DNA from: an uncultured Verrucomicrobiae bacterium
GTDB taxonomy: Bacteria; Verrucomicrobiota; Verrucomicrobiia; Chthoniobacterales; UBA10450
Direction of reading: 5' to 3'
Assembly: GCA_963772365.1 (NCBI GenBank)
Contig: CAVYXA010000001.1
Span: 64,001 to 128,000, forward strand
DNA: 64,000 nucleotides
Position 1 is the first letter of the stretch. Each line of letters starts with the position of its first letter. The notes below the pieces were generated by a model that was not told the origin of the DNA, made no database searches, and was given only the letters and a program-made list of their open reading frames with translations. The translations under genes were made by a program, and so were the position numbers. This document shows, piece after piece, positions 39,119 to 48,304 of the stretch.

Positions 39119-40408
39119 ATGAAAACAGTCGAGCAGGAAGAAGAGGAGGAAAACAAAGAAGAGCTCGACGATGTCGATCTTTATTCGCCCGAGGGCGAGA
39201 AGCTGGCGCCGGAAGGAAAAACAAAACGCAAGAAGCCGTTTTTTAAACGCAAGCCGGTGATCATCACCGCGGCGGCGCTTTTGATCGCGGCGATAATCTG
39301 GATCGCGTGGATCGTGCTCAATTCGTTAACGCACGAAAGCACCGACGACGCTTTCATCGACGCGCACATCGTTTCGGTCGCGCCGAAGATCGCCGGGCGC
39401 GTGGCCAGGGTGCTGGTGAGAGATAATCAGCAGGTTAAGAGAGGCGATCTCCTGGTCGAAATTGATCCGCGCGATGCGGAAGCTGCATTGGCACAGAAAA
39501 AAGCCGCAGTGGAAATGTCGCGGGCGAAGGAACGGACTGCGCAGCTTTCAGCCGAACAAGCCGAGGCCCACGTGCGGACATTGAAAGCGATCTACGCGTC
39601 AGCCGCTGCGAGTGCCGAGGCCACGGCGGCGGATGCAAAAAAGCAAGAATCGGATTTGCAACGGAACCAGGAATTGGTCGCGAAGGGCGCAATTTCCGCG
39701 CAGGACTACGAACATTCGCGAACCGATACCACGGCGGCCGAAGCAAACCTCGCTTCGAAAAAGAAACAGTTGAATGCGGCAGCCGCATATCAGGAGGAAG
39801 CACAGAAACAGGCGGATTCCTCGGCTGCGCAATACCAGGCTGCTGCGGCCGAAGTGAAACAGTCAGAGGCGGCGTTACAACAACAGCAGCTTCAGGTCTC
39901 GTACGCGAACATTACCGCGCCGGAAGCAGGTCGCATCACGAACAAGTCGGTTGCGCCGGGCGATTATGTTCAGGCCGGTCAACTCCTGCTCGCCCTTGTG
40001 CCGGAGAATCTCTGGGTCACGGCGAATTTTAAAGAAACCCAGTTGACGAATATGCGAGCCGGGCAACCGGCTACGATCGAGGTGGACGCGTATCCGGATC
40101 ACGGTCTGGCCGGTCATGTGGACAGCATTCAGGCGGGAAGCGGCGCGCGGTTCAGTTTGTTGCCGCCGGAGAACGCGACCGGCAACTACGTCAAAGTAGT
40201 GCAGCGGGTACCGGTGAAAATTGTTTTCGACCATCAAACGAATGTGCAGCGCGTGCTGGGCCCGGGCATGTCGGTCGTGCCGACGGTCAAAGTGAAATCG
40301 ATTCTTTCCGTGATCGTGCCGGTAGTGCTCGGAACAGTGATTGCGATTGTTCTGGTGGGTTTGGGGACATTGCTATGGCTGGCCAAAACGCAGAGGGAAC
40401 TGGAGTAA
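39119..40408 (+). CDS. EmrA/HlyD membrane fusion protein
   Basis: ESTDDAFI, ANFKETQL, FSLLPPENATGNYVKVVQRVPV. Confidence 0.92.
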   Translation: MKTVEQEEEEENKEELDDVDLYSPEGEKLAPEGKTKRKKPFFKRKPVIITAAALLIAAIIWIAWIVLNSLTHESTDDAFIDAHIVSVAPKIAGRVARVLVRDNQQVKRGDLLVEIDPRDAEAALAQKKAAVEMSRAKERTAQLSAEQAEAHVRTLKAIYASAAASAEATAADAKKQESDLQRNQELVAKGAISAQDYEHSRTDTTAAEANLASKKKQLNAAAAYQEEAQKQADSSAAQYQAAAAEVKQSEAALQQQQLQVSYANITAPEAGRITNKSVAPGDYVQAGQLLLALVPENLWVTANFKETQLTNMRAGQPATIEVDAYPDHGLAGHVDSIQAGSGARFSLLPPENATGNYVKVVQRVPVKIVFDHQTNVQRVLGPGMSVVPTVKVKSILSVIVPVVLGTVIAIVLVGLGTLLWLAKTQRELE

Positions 40409-41960
40409 GCGGACAGTGGCGACCAAGTCACAATCCATGGGCCATCGCGATGGCCGTGATGCTCGCTACGTTCATGGAAGTGCTCGACACATCCGTGGCA
40501 AACGTGTCGCTCCAGCACATCGCTGGAACTCTCTCGGCGACTACAGACGAAGCGACGTGGGTCCTCACCAGTTACTTGATGGCTAACGCCATTATTCTAC
40601 CGGCTACAAACTGGTTGGGTCAGCTGTTTGGACGAAAATGTTTTCTGCTCACTTGCATCATTCTTTTTTCGGTCGCGTCAGCGCTCTGCGGAATGGCGAC
40701 GAGTCTCGGTTTTCTAATCGTTGCGCGAGTTTTGCAAGGAGCCAGCGGCGGCGCGTTGCAGCCGATCTCGCAGGCGATTTTGCTGGAGAGTTTTCCTCCG
40801 CAAAAGCGCGGCATGGCAATGGGAGTATTTGCCATGGGCGTCGTGGTCGCGCCGATTCTCGGGCCGACGCTTGGCGGTTGGATCACGCAGAACTATTCCT
40901 GGCGCTGGATTTTTTACATTAATCTCCCGATTGGTTTGTTGGCCGTGATCCTGGGTCATGCATTGATCGAAGATCCGCCCTACTTGAAACGAATCTCGGC
41001 CGCGAATATCGATTACATAGGATTGGGTCTGCTCAGCGTCTGGCTGGCGACGCTGCAATATATCCTCGACAAAGGACAGGAGCTCGACTGGTTCAGCTCA
41101 CACACCATCCTCTGGTGCGCGATGATTTCGGCAGCCGCGTTCCTCTGGTTCGTAGTTCACGAATTGACTACGCCGCATCCGATTGTCGATCTTCGCGTCC
41201 TGAAAAATCGCAACTTCGCCATCGGTGCTTCGATGATTCTGTTACTGGGCGCGTTACTTTATGGAACGATCGCCGTGCTCCCGCTGTTTATGCAAAATCT
41301 TCTCGGTTACACCGCGCTCGATGCGGGGATTGCCATGAGCCCGCGCGGTGTTGGCGCGTTTCTCACCACCGTGATTGTCGGCCGACTCGTTGGGAAAATC
41401 AGCAACCGGATTTTGATCGGCGCCGGTTTTCTGCTGCTGGCGTATTCCTCCCTCATGCTTGGTGCCATTAATCTTCAGATCAGTATGTGGAGCATCATCA
41501 CGCCGATTGTTATCAGCGGGGCGGCGATCGCCATGGTTTTTATTCCGCTGACGACGGTAACGATGGGCACCTTACCTCAGGAGCAAATAGGCAATGCGAG
41601 CGGCATCTTTAATTTAATGCGCAACGTGGGAGGCAGCATCGGGATCGCGACGATCACCACAATTGTTGCCCGTGGAACCCAAACAACGCAGGCCCTGCTT
41701 TCAGTGCACACGTCGAAATTCAATGCTGTTTTTCAACATCAACTCGCTGCGATTCAGACCAGTCTCGCCCACAAGCTCGGCGATTGGCAGGCGATGAAAG
41801 TTGCGCCTCACGTTCTGTTTAATTTACTGCACCAGCAATCGGCTCTCGTCAGTTACGTGAATAACTTTCGATTGCTCGCAATGGTCTGCTTTGTCAGTGC
41901 CCGCTCGTTCTGTTATTGAAGCGTGTCCGTCAGCAGGGAGCGCCCATAGCTGCTCATTGA
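40375..41960 (+). CDS. EmrB/DHA2 MFS efflux subunit; probable 1-bp frameshift near 41899 (start uncertain)
   Basis: FMEVLDTSVANV, WRWIFYINLP, FNLMRNVGGSIG; shifted frame gives PLVLLLKRVRQQGAPIAAH*. Confidence 0.88.
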
Positions 41961-42002
41961 TTTGCTTGACAGGCGGCGGCAAGGGAAGCCAGCCTCAGCG
42001 CC

Positions 42003-42437
42003 ATGAACTCTTTAAATCGTTTCGCTGATCCGGTGTATTGCATCATGCGTTTGATTATCGGGTTGATGTTCGCCTGTCATGGAGGCCAAAAGCTTATCGG
42101 TTTCCCCGGTGGTCACGGCGGTGCGGAAGGTTTGATGCTGGTGGGGGGAATCATCGAGCTCGTGTGTGGACTGCTGATCGCCGTAGGATTGTTGACACGG
42201 ATTGCGGCGTTCATCGCCAGTGGCGAAATGGCGGTTGCCTACTTCATGGTGCACGCGGCGGGAAAAACACTCGGGCACGCGCCCAGCCCGGCCGAGCAAT
42301 TCTTCCCCATCCTGAACAAGGGCGAATTGGCCGTGATTCTTTGCTGGGTATTTTTGTTTATGTTCTTCTACGGCGCGGGACGCTGGAGTATCGATGGCTT
42401 AATCAAGGGGAATGCGCGACCGGCAGGAGTAAATTAA
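42003..42437 (+). CDS. DoxX-family protein
   Basis: HGGQKL, GLLTRIAAF, GEMAVAYF, GAGRWSID. Confidence 0.88.
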   Translation: MNSLNRFADPVYCIMRLIIGLMFACHGGQKLIGFPGGHGGAEGLMLVGGIIELVCGLLIAVGLLTRIAAFIASGEMAVAYFMVHAAGKTLGHAPSPAEQFFPILNKGELAVILCWVFLFMFFYGAGRWSIDGLIKGNARPAGVN

Positions 42438-42450
42438 ATTTTCGGTTTCG

Positions 42451-43242
42451 ATGAAGCGCGCTGTTTCAGTCGTCGGTGCCATTCTCATGGCGCAATCGCT
42501 GTCGGCGCAGGAATTCAAAGATTTCGGCAAGGGGCGTTTGAACGGTTCGCCGCGACACGGCGAATGGGTCGACATCAAATCGGGCGAGCGCACCATTAAG
42601 GCGTTTGTTGTATATCCCGAGCGCAAAGAGAAAACGCCGGCTGTTCTTGTCATTCACGAGATCTTTGGTCTGACCGATTGGGTGCGCAGTTTGTGCGATG
42701 AACTGGCGGAGAATGGAGTAATTGCAATTGCGCCCGATTTGCTCAGCGGCCAGAAATTTGAAGATGTCGATGGTGCCCGCAAGGCGATTTCGGCTTTGCC
42801 GAAGGAGCAGGTAAAATCCGATCTCGATGCGACGGCGGATTACGCGCTGAAGATTCCCGCTTGCAGTGGAACTTTGGCCGTTTGCGGTTTTTGCTGGGGC
42901 GGAGGAGTAACTTTCATGTATGCGAACGAAAATCCAAAGCTCAAGGCGGCTTATTCATTTTACGGAACCGCGCCGGATGAAGCGTCGAAGGTCGCGAACA
43001 TTTCGTGTCCGGTTTACGGATTTTACGGCGAGAAGGACGAACGCGTGGATGCGACGATCCCAAAAGCGGAAGAGTTAATGAAAGCTGCCGGCAAGAAGTA
43101 TGAGCCGGTAATTTACGAGGACGCCGGGCATGGTTTCATGCGCTCAGGCGATCCGTCAAATCCCAACGTGCGCGAGACCGACAGAAAAGCGCATGACGAA
43201 GCCTGGGCCCGCTGGAAGAAACTGCTCAAGCAATTGCCGTAG
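42451..43242 (+). CDS. Dienelactone hydrolase family protein
   Basis: IHEIFGL, GFCWGG, AGHGFM. Confidence 0.9.
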   Translation: MKRAVSVVGAILMAQSLSAQEFKDFGKGRLNGSPRHGEWVDIKSGERTIKAFVVYPERKEKTPAVLVIHEIFGLTDWVRSLCDELAENGVIAIAPDLLSGQKFEDVDGARKAISALPKEQVKSDLDATADYALKIPACSGTLAVCGFCWGGGVTFMYANENPKLKAAYSFYGTAPDEASKVANISCPVYGFYGEKDERVDATIPKAEELMKAAGKKYEPVIYEDAGHGFMRSGDPSNPNVRETDRKAHDEAWARWKKLLKQLP

Positions 43243-43259
43243 CCAGGAACATCAGCCAG

Positions 43260-43284
43260 GTAGGGCGATTGACCTCAATCGCCC
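43260..43284 (+). repeat. GTAG REP left of RAYT
   Basis: GTAG followed by GGCGATTG-acct-CAATCGCC hairpin. Confidence 0.75.
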
Positions 43285-43294
43285 GTCACCGCTA

Positions 43295-43777
43295 GTGAAA
43301 CGCGACTTGAAGAGGTTGCCGGTCCGAAAACAACTCGACCATTCAATCCATTTTCAGGCGCGATTTGGCGCCACCTATTTCATCACACTTTGTTGTCAGA
43401 TGCGTTGCAAAAACCAACTGTGTAACACTCGGGTAGCATCTATTATTTTCGAGACCGCGTGCAGATATCATGCGTCGCGACGATTCCATCTGAAGTTGCT
43501 TCTTCTGATGCCCGATCATTTGCATCTCCTTGTCGCCCTGGCCGGTGATAGTGAACTATCGGGTTTGATCCGCGACTTTAAACGAATCACAGCGCGAATG
43601 GCGAAAATCGTTTGGCAGCGAAATTTCTTTGATCATCGATTGCGCCACGATGAAAGCGAGATCGAGAAAGCAGAATACATTCGGCGAAACCCCATCCGTG
43701 CGGGCTTGATCGACGCAGGGGTCACATGGCCATACATGATTGAGATTGACGAGATTGAAGCGCGAGCGGGTTATTAG
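43295..43777 (+). mobile_element. REP-associated tyrosine (HUH/Y1) transposase
   Basis: YFITLC, MPDHLH, WQRNFFDHRLR, YIRRNPIRAGL; flanked by inverted REPs. Confidence 0.88.
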
Positions 43778-43791
43778 TCACCGTCGCGGAC

Positions 43792-43817
43792 GGGCGGTTC
43801 GGGTGAACCGCCCCTAC
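43792..43817 (-). repeat. GTAG REP right of RAYT
   Basis: Reverse complement GTAG-GGGCGGTTC-accc-GAACCGCCC. Confidence 0.75.
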
Positions 43818-43838
43818 CTAAGCCCAAATTGAGTTGTC

Positions 43839-44528
43839 ATGATTCTTTCCCACAAGCACAAGTTCATCTTCATCAAAACGGTGAAGACTGCGGGAACGAG
43901 CATCGAGGTTTTTCTCTCTCAGCATTGCGGACCGAATGATGTCCTGACGCCGATTCGTCCGCCGGTGGAAGGACATCAGGCGCAGAATTATGAAGGATAC
44001 GTGTCTTCGATTGTCGATGTTTTCAGCCAGCCGTTCGGTCCGGTTTCAGATTTGCGGCATCCATTTCGGAAGCGAGAAAAGTTTTACAATCACATGCCCG
44101 GTTGGCAGATCGAAAAGCAAGTCGGCCCCGAGATTTGGAACAGCTATTTCAAATTTTGTGTCGACCGAAATCCCTGGGACAAAGTTCTCTCTCATTATCA
44201 CATGAATGCTGCTCGAGCCGGCGGCGCACTCACGCTCGACGAGTACTTGGCGAAAGGGAAATTGCCGCTGAATTATCCACGATACACCGATCGATCCGGC
44301 GAAAGGATCATCGTCGATCAGGTGGTTCGATATGAAAATCTGATGGATCAGCTCGGCGAAATTTTCGCGCGTCTGAATGTTCCTTTTGAAGGCGTGCTCG
44401 GGGTAACCGCCAAATCAGAATACCGAAGCGACCGGACACCGTACAGAACGGTGCTCAACGATGAGCAGTGCCGGAAGATCGAGCGCATTTTTGCCCGAGA
44501 GATCGAATTGCACGGCTACAGCTTTTGA
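43839..44528 (+). CDS. Sulfotransferase family 2 protein
   Basis: FIFIKTVKTAGTS (5'-PSB) and RNPWDKVLS (3'-PB). Confidence 0.8.
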   Translation: MILSHKHKFIFIKTVKTAGTSIEVFLSQHCGPNDVLTPIRPPVEGHQAQNYEGYVSSIVDVFSQPFGPVSDLRHPFRKREKFYNHMPGWQIEKQVGPEIWNSYFKFCVDRNPWDKVLSHYHMNAARAGGALTLDEYLAKGKLPLNYPRYTDRSGERIIVDQVVRYENLMDQLGEIFARLNVPFEGVLGVTAKSEYRSDRTPYRTVLNDEQCRKIERIFAREIELHGYSF

Positions 44529-44579
44529 TCGACTCGATTGGGCTTTCCGTTTTCTTTTCGTTCATTTAATTTCGCAGCC

Positions 44580-45593
44580 ATGGATTCGTTTTACCTTATT
44601 GGCCTTGCCGTTCTCGCGCTCGTCGTTTTCGTTCTCGCGATCGTTATTTCGCGTTATTTCATGACGTGGTTGCGCGCGAGAATTGCAGGCGCTCCGGTTA
44701 GCATAGGCAAGATGATCGGGATGAGTCTGCGAAAAGTGCCGGTTGGGTTGATTGTCGATAATCGGATCACTGCAGTGAAAGCGGGCATCGACGTAGCGAG
44801 CGATCCGTTGGAAGCGCATTATCTCGCCGGTGGCGATGTTAGCCATGTAATCTTGGCACTGATCGCAGCCGATAAAGCAGGTATTTCTCTGCCGTTTAAT
44901 CGGGCGTGCGCGATCGATCTTGCCACAAAAGGCACGGGCAAGACGGTGCTGGAAGCGGTGAGGACCAGCATTAATCCCAAAGTAATTGATGCGCCAAACC
45001 CGGCGATGGGAAGAGCGACCATCGATGGAGTCGCGCAGGATGGGATCGGCGTAAAGGTCAAGGCGCGCGTGACCGTGCGCTCGCATCTGGATCGGTTCGT
45101 CGGTGGCGCGACTGAGGAAACAATCATCGCCCGCGTAGGCGAGGGGATTGTCAGCGCGATCGGTTCGGCCAGTTCTTACAAGGAAGTTCTGGAAAATCCC
45201 GACCGGATCTCAAAAACCGTGCTCGCCAAAGGACTCGACAGCAACACCGCGTTCGAGATTCTCTCGATCGATATTGCCGATGTCGATGTTGGCGATAACA
45301 TCGGCGCGAAATTGCAGACCGAACAAGCAGATGCGGACAAGCGCGTCGCGCAGGCGAAAGCCGAAGTGCGTCGCGCGGCAGCGGTAGCCGTCGAACAGGA
45401 AATGCGAGCCAGGACGCAGGAGATGCGAGCCAAAGTGGTCGAGGCCGAAGCCCTCGTTCCGCAGGCAATGGCCGAAGCGTTTCGCGCCGGCAACCTCGGA
45501 ATCATGGATTATTACCGAATGAAAAATGTCCAGGCCGACACGACAATGCGCGAATCAATCGCCGGCAGCGATAGGCCGGCCAAGGGCACCTGA
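44580..45593 (+). CDS. floA: Flotillin-like protein FloA (YqfA)
   Basis: [47 protein letters not shown]. Confidence 0.92.
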   Translation: MDSFYLIGLAVLALVVFVLAIVISRYFMTWLRARIAGAPVSIGKMIGMSLRKVPVGLIVDNRITAVKAGIDVASDPLEAHYLAGGDVSHVILALIAADKAGISLPFNRACAIDLATKGTGKTVLEAVRTSINPKVIDAPNPAMGRATIDGVAQDGIGVKVKARVTVRSHLDRFVGGATEETIIARVGEGIVSAIGSASSYKEVLENPDRISKTVLAKGLDSNTAFEILSIDIADVDVGDNIGAKLQTEQADADKRVAQAKAEVRRAAAVAVEQEMRARTQEMRAKVVEAEALVPQAMAEAFRAGNLGIMDYYRMKNVQADTTMRESIAGSDRPAKGT

Positions 45594-45615
45594 TTTTTTT
45601 GAATTGGTCGTGGTG

Positions 45616-45786
45616 TTAGCCGGGCGCTTTCTCGAAGACGCCGTGACTGTAACTTTTTTCGTCAAAATAGTTGGTTGCTTGCGCCTGTTCGAGCCACAGG
45701 TTCCAATACGCGATCAATTCCTCCTCCGATAAGTTGCGCAAATCGAGATCCTCTTCGCTGAGAAATTCGTCGCCCACGGGTTCCAT
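45616..45786 (-). CDS. 56-aa acidic small protein
   Basis: MEPVGDEFLSEEDLDLRNLSEEELIAYWNLWLEQAQATN..YSHGVF; starts just after the restored stop of the upstream gene. Confidence 0.55.
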   Translation of the reverse strand: MEPVGDEFLSEEDLDLRNLSEEELIAYWNLWLEQAQATNYFDEKSYSHGVFEKAPG

Positions 45787-45796
45787 ACAAATCAGT

Positions 45797-46578
45797 TTAC
45801 GGCGTAATCGGAAGCAATTCCAACGCGCGCGCTACGACGATCTCATGAGCCGATTTGAGCGCCAGCCGGCTGATTTCCTTTTCGATGCTCGGCCACGCCG
45901 CGCCCCAAGCTTGGGCAGCTTCGCGGTAACGCGTGAGCCTCGTTCATTCGCGTGAATGAGGTCTCTGCGCTCAGAATCGAGTGCTTCCTCCAGCCGCGCC
46001 AGGCCAGCTGCTGCGGCAACCCGAAGAAGGGGACGACAGGCGGCAAGCTCGTTGGCCAACTCCGGGTTACCTTGCGTCAACTGCAATAGATCGCGAGCGC
46101 TTCTGGAAAAAAGCATTTGTTCACGGGGGCTCTCCATCAAACGCGCCAACTCGCCGATAACGGCGTAGTCTTTCTCCCGATTGGTTTTCTTGATCTCGGC
46201 AAGGTCGGTAACGCCGAGCACGGGCGTTTTCAATTCACCTTTCCAGAGTCGGTCCAGCGATTCGGCGCCTAATCGCGGTGGCCGTGTCACGAAATCCGTG
46301 CGGACGCGCAATTCCGGTGTGCGGAACTCAAAATGCGCGCTCCACCCACCACTGAGCCATCGCACATCTAAAGGCGCGCCAAATCGGTAGCGAGCGCCGC
46401 GATTGGTCAAAACGTCCAGAACATGTGCCATGGTCCCGTTCTCCTCGCGCAATATCCAATCGCCATCTTTGCTCATGATCGCGAGCCGGTGCAACACCAC
46501 AGCCTGACCCGAACTGATAATGGCCCGAAGCCGGCCGGCGTTAAGTTGCTCTGTCAGGTCGAGGTAAATATTGGCCAC
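45797..46578 (-). CDS. Putative nucleotidyltransferase-fold protein, 1-bp frameshift near 45941
   Basis: IISSGQAVVLH..SKDGDW (GxxA..DxD-like), IKKT.R.KD; shifted frame gives RLTRYREAAQAW..ELLP*. Confidence 0.6.
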
Positions 46579-46714
46579 GCTTGGCGAGAATAAGGCCAGA
46601 CACCGGGGTGGCAAAATTAATCAGCCGCGGGGGCGCGAAGAATTGAAGGGTTGCAGGGTTGAAGCGAGCAAACCGATCACTGATCTCTGACCTGTGAAAT
46701 CTGATCTCTAGAAC

Positions 46715-46795
46715 TGCTCGGGGCGGGACTTGAACCCGCATGCCTTTCGGCATACGCCCCTCAAACGTACGTGTCTGCCATTCCACCACCCGAGC
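46715..46795 (-). tRNA. tRNA-Leu (anticodon GAG), CCA not encoded
   Basis: GCTCGGG/CCCGAGC acceptor stem, TACGT-TTGAGGG-GCGTA anticodon arm, long variable arm, GGTTCAAGTC T-loop. Confidence 0.95.
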
Positions 46796-46854
46796 GTGTG
46801 AACGCGTTTAGCGCGCGAAATCTTCCTTAATCTGCGCGTCCTGGCAAGTCTGTC

Positions 46855-47000
46855 CTCCTCTTTCTCCTGCTCCTGGTCTTGCTCATGATCGAATTGGCCC
46901 CGGCCTTGCTTTTCCATCGGTGAAATCCGCGGCAGACGCGGTAAGTTCGATGACGAGCACGATTACGAACATGAGCGTGAGCAGGAGTAAGAGTAAGAGC
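46855..47000. repeat. Inverted degenerate hexamer tracts
   Basis: ctcctgctcctggtcttgctcatgatcgaa vs ttcgatgacgagcacgattacgaacatgagcgtgagcaggagtaagag. Confidence 0.55.
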
Positions 47001-47786
47001 GAAGATTGGATCAAAATCGATCTGCACATTCACACTCTCGATGATCCAAAGGACGCTCTCGATTATTCCGCTCATCAATTGCTCGAGCGCGCTCATCAGC
47101 TCGGCTTTCAGGTGCTGGCCATCACATTGCACGATGCCGTTTTTGATCGGCCGGAAGTTTTCGCCGATGCGGCGGCGTTGGGAATCCTGCTGATTCCGGC
47201 GGCTGAAGTCCGCTTGGAGGGTGCCGACGTTATTGTCCTCAATATTACGAGCGATGAAGTTGCGCGTCTGAAAAGTTTCGACGACCTGCGGCAACTGCGC
47301 GCCCGGCGTGGGATGTCGATCTTCACCATCGCACCGCATCCGTTTTATATGTTGGGCGGATCCATCGGCCCCCGCCTTATGAAAGAGATCGACTGCTTCG
47401 ATGCGATTGAGGTCTGCCATTTTCACAAGGGACTGTTCAATCCGAATCGCCGCGCCGCCAGGGTCGCGGCGCGTTTCGGCAAACCACTCATCGCCACGTC
47501 CGATGCCCACCGGCTGCAGGCGTTTGGGCGGCACTACACCAGTATCCCGCGTCCTTCCCACCTAATGACGGAGCATGTCTTTTCGGCACTGCGCAACGGG
47601 CCCCTGCGATTGACGACTCCGCCGGCGTCTCTCGCCGATTTCGTGAGCGCGATTTATTTCGTTTTCCTGGCGCATCCACTCCGTCGACACCGGAAAGAAA
47701 CTGGAGCGAGAACTCGAAAGTGTTCGCTAGCCCGGCCGCAGGCCGTTCTCGCCCGGGGGACAAGTCCGTCCGAACGGCGGACTTGA
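46971..47786 (+). CDS. PHP-domain phosphoesterase (start uncertain)
   Basis: IDLHIHT, AITLHD, APHPF, DAIEV, TSDAH. Confidence 0.85.
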   Translation: MSVSRSKSKSEDWIKIDLHIHTLDDPKDALDYSAHQLLERAHQLGFQVLAITLHDAVFDRPEVFADAAALGILLIPAAEVRLEGADVIVLNITSDEVARLKSFDDLRQLRARRGMSIFTIAPHPFYMLGGSIGPRLMKEIDCFDAIEVCHFHKGLFNPNRRAARVAARFGKPLIATSDAHRLQAFGRHYTSIPRPSHLMTEHVFSALRNGPLRLTTPPASLADFVSAIYFVFLAHPLRRHRKETGARTRKCSLARPQAVLARGTSPSERRT

Positions 47787-47817
47787 ATCCAAATCGCAAA
47801 CATGACACATCTGTAGC

Positions 47818-48300
47818 GTGTCAAAGATCATTGTCTCAATAATATTGGTCGCCGCAGTCGTGTTGACCGGCTGTAAGTCTCCAGAAAGAAAAGAGAAGGA
47901 AAAGCAAGCGGCGCTTAGCAAGAAAACCAAGGCGAAGCTGCGGGAAGAGACGAGCGATGTGGATTTTCAAGCGTTTGTCGGGCGGTTACGAAAAGCGGTG
48001 GCCACGCGCGACATCGAGATGCTCAAATCGATGATGACGCCGAATTTCGGGTACAAATTAGAGCCGAAAATGGAAGGATTGGAGGCTGGTCCCGAAGGCC
48101 CCGGAGTATTTCAATACTGGAACGATCAGGGGCTCTGGACGGAATTAGATGGAATTTTATCAGAAAAGTTTTTGAAGAAGGGCAACTACATGGTCGCGCC
48201 GCCCCAATTTGCTGACGAATCGCTCAGTTACGATGGCTATCGCGCAGGCATCACGCGCGTGAACGGAAGCTGGAAATTCGCCTACTTTGTGAACGGCTGA
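47818..48300 (+). CDS. Hypothetical lipoprotein
   Basis: Lipobox LTGC. Confidence 0.7.
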   Translation: MSKIIVSIILVAAVVLTGCKSPERKEKEKQAALSKKTKAKLREETSDVDFQAFVGRLRKAVATRDIEMLKSMMTPNFGYKLEPKMEGLEAGPEGPGVFQYWNDQGLWTELDGILSEKFLKKGNYMVAPPQFADESLSYDGYRAGITRVNGSWKFAYFVNG

Positions 48301-48304
48301 CCGG

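Noticed and set aside
46600..46715. Integrase-bearing island at tRNA-Leu
   Set aside because: No integrase and no duplicated tRNA 3' end seen downstream
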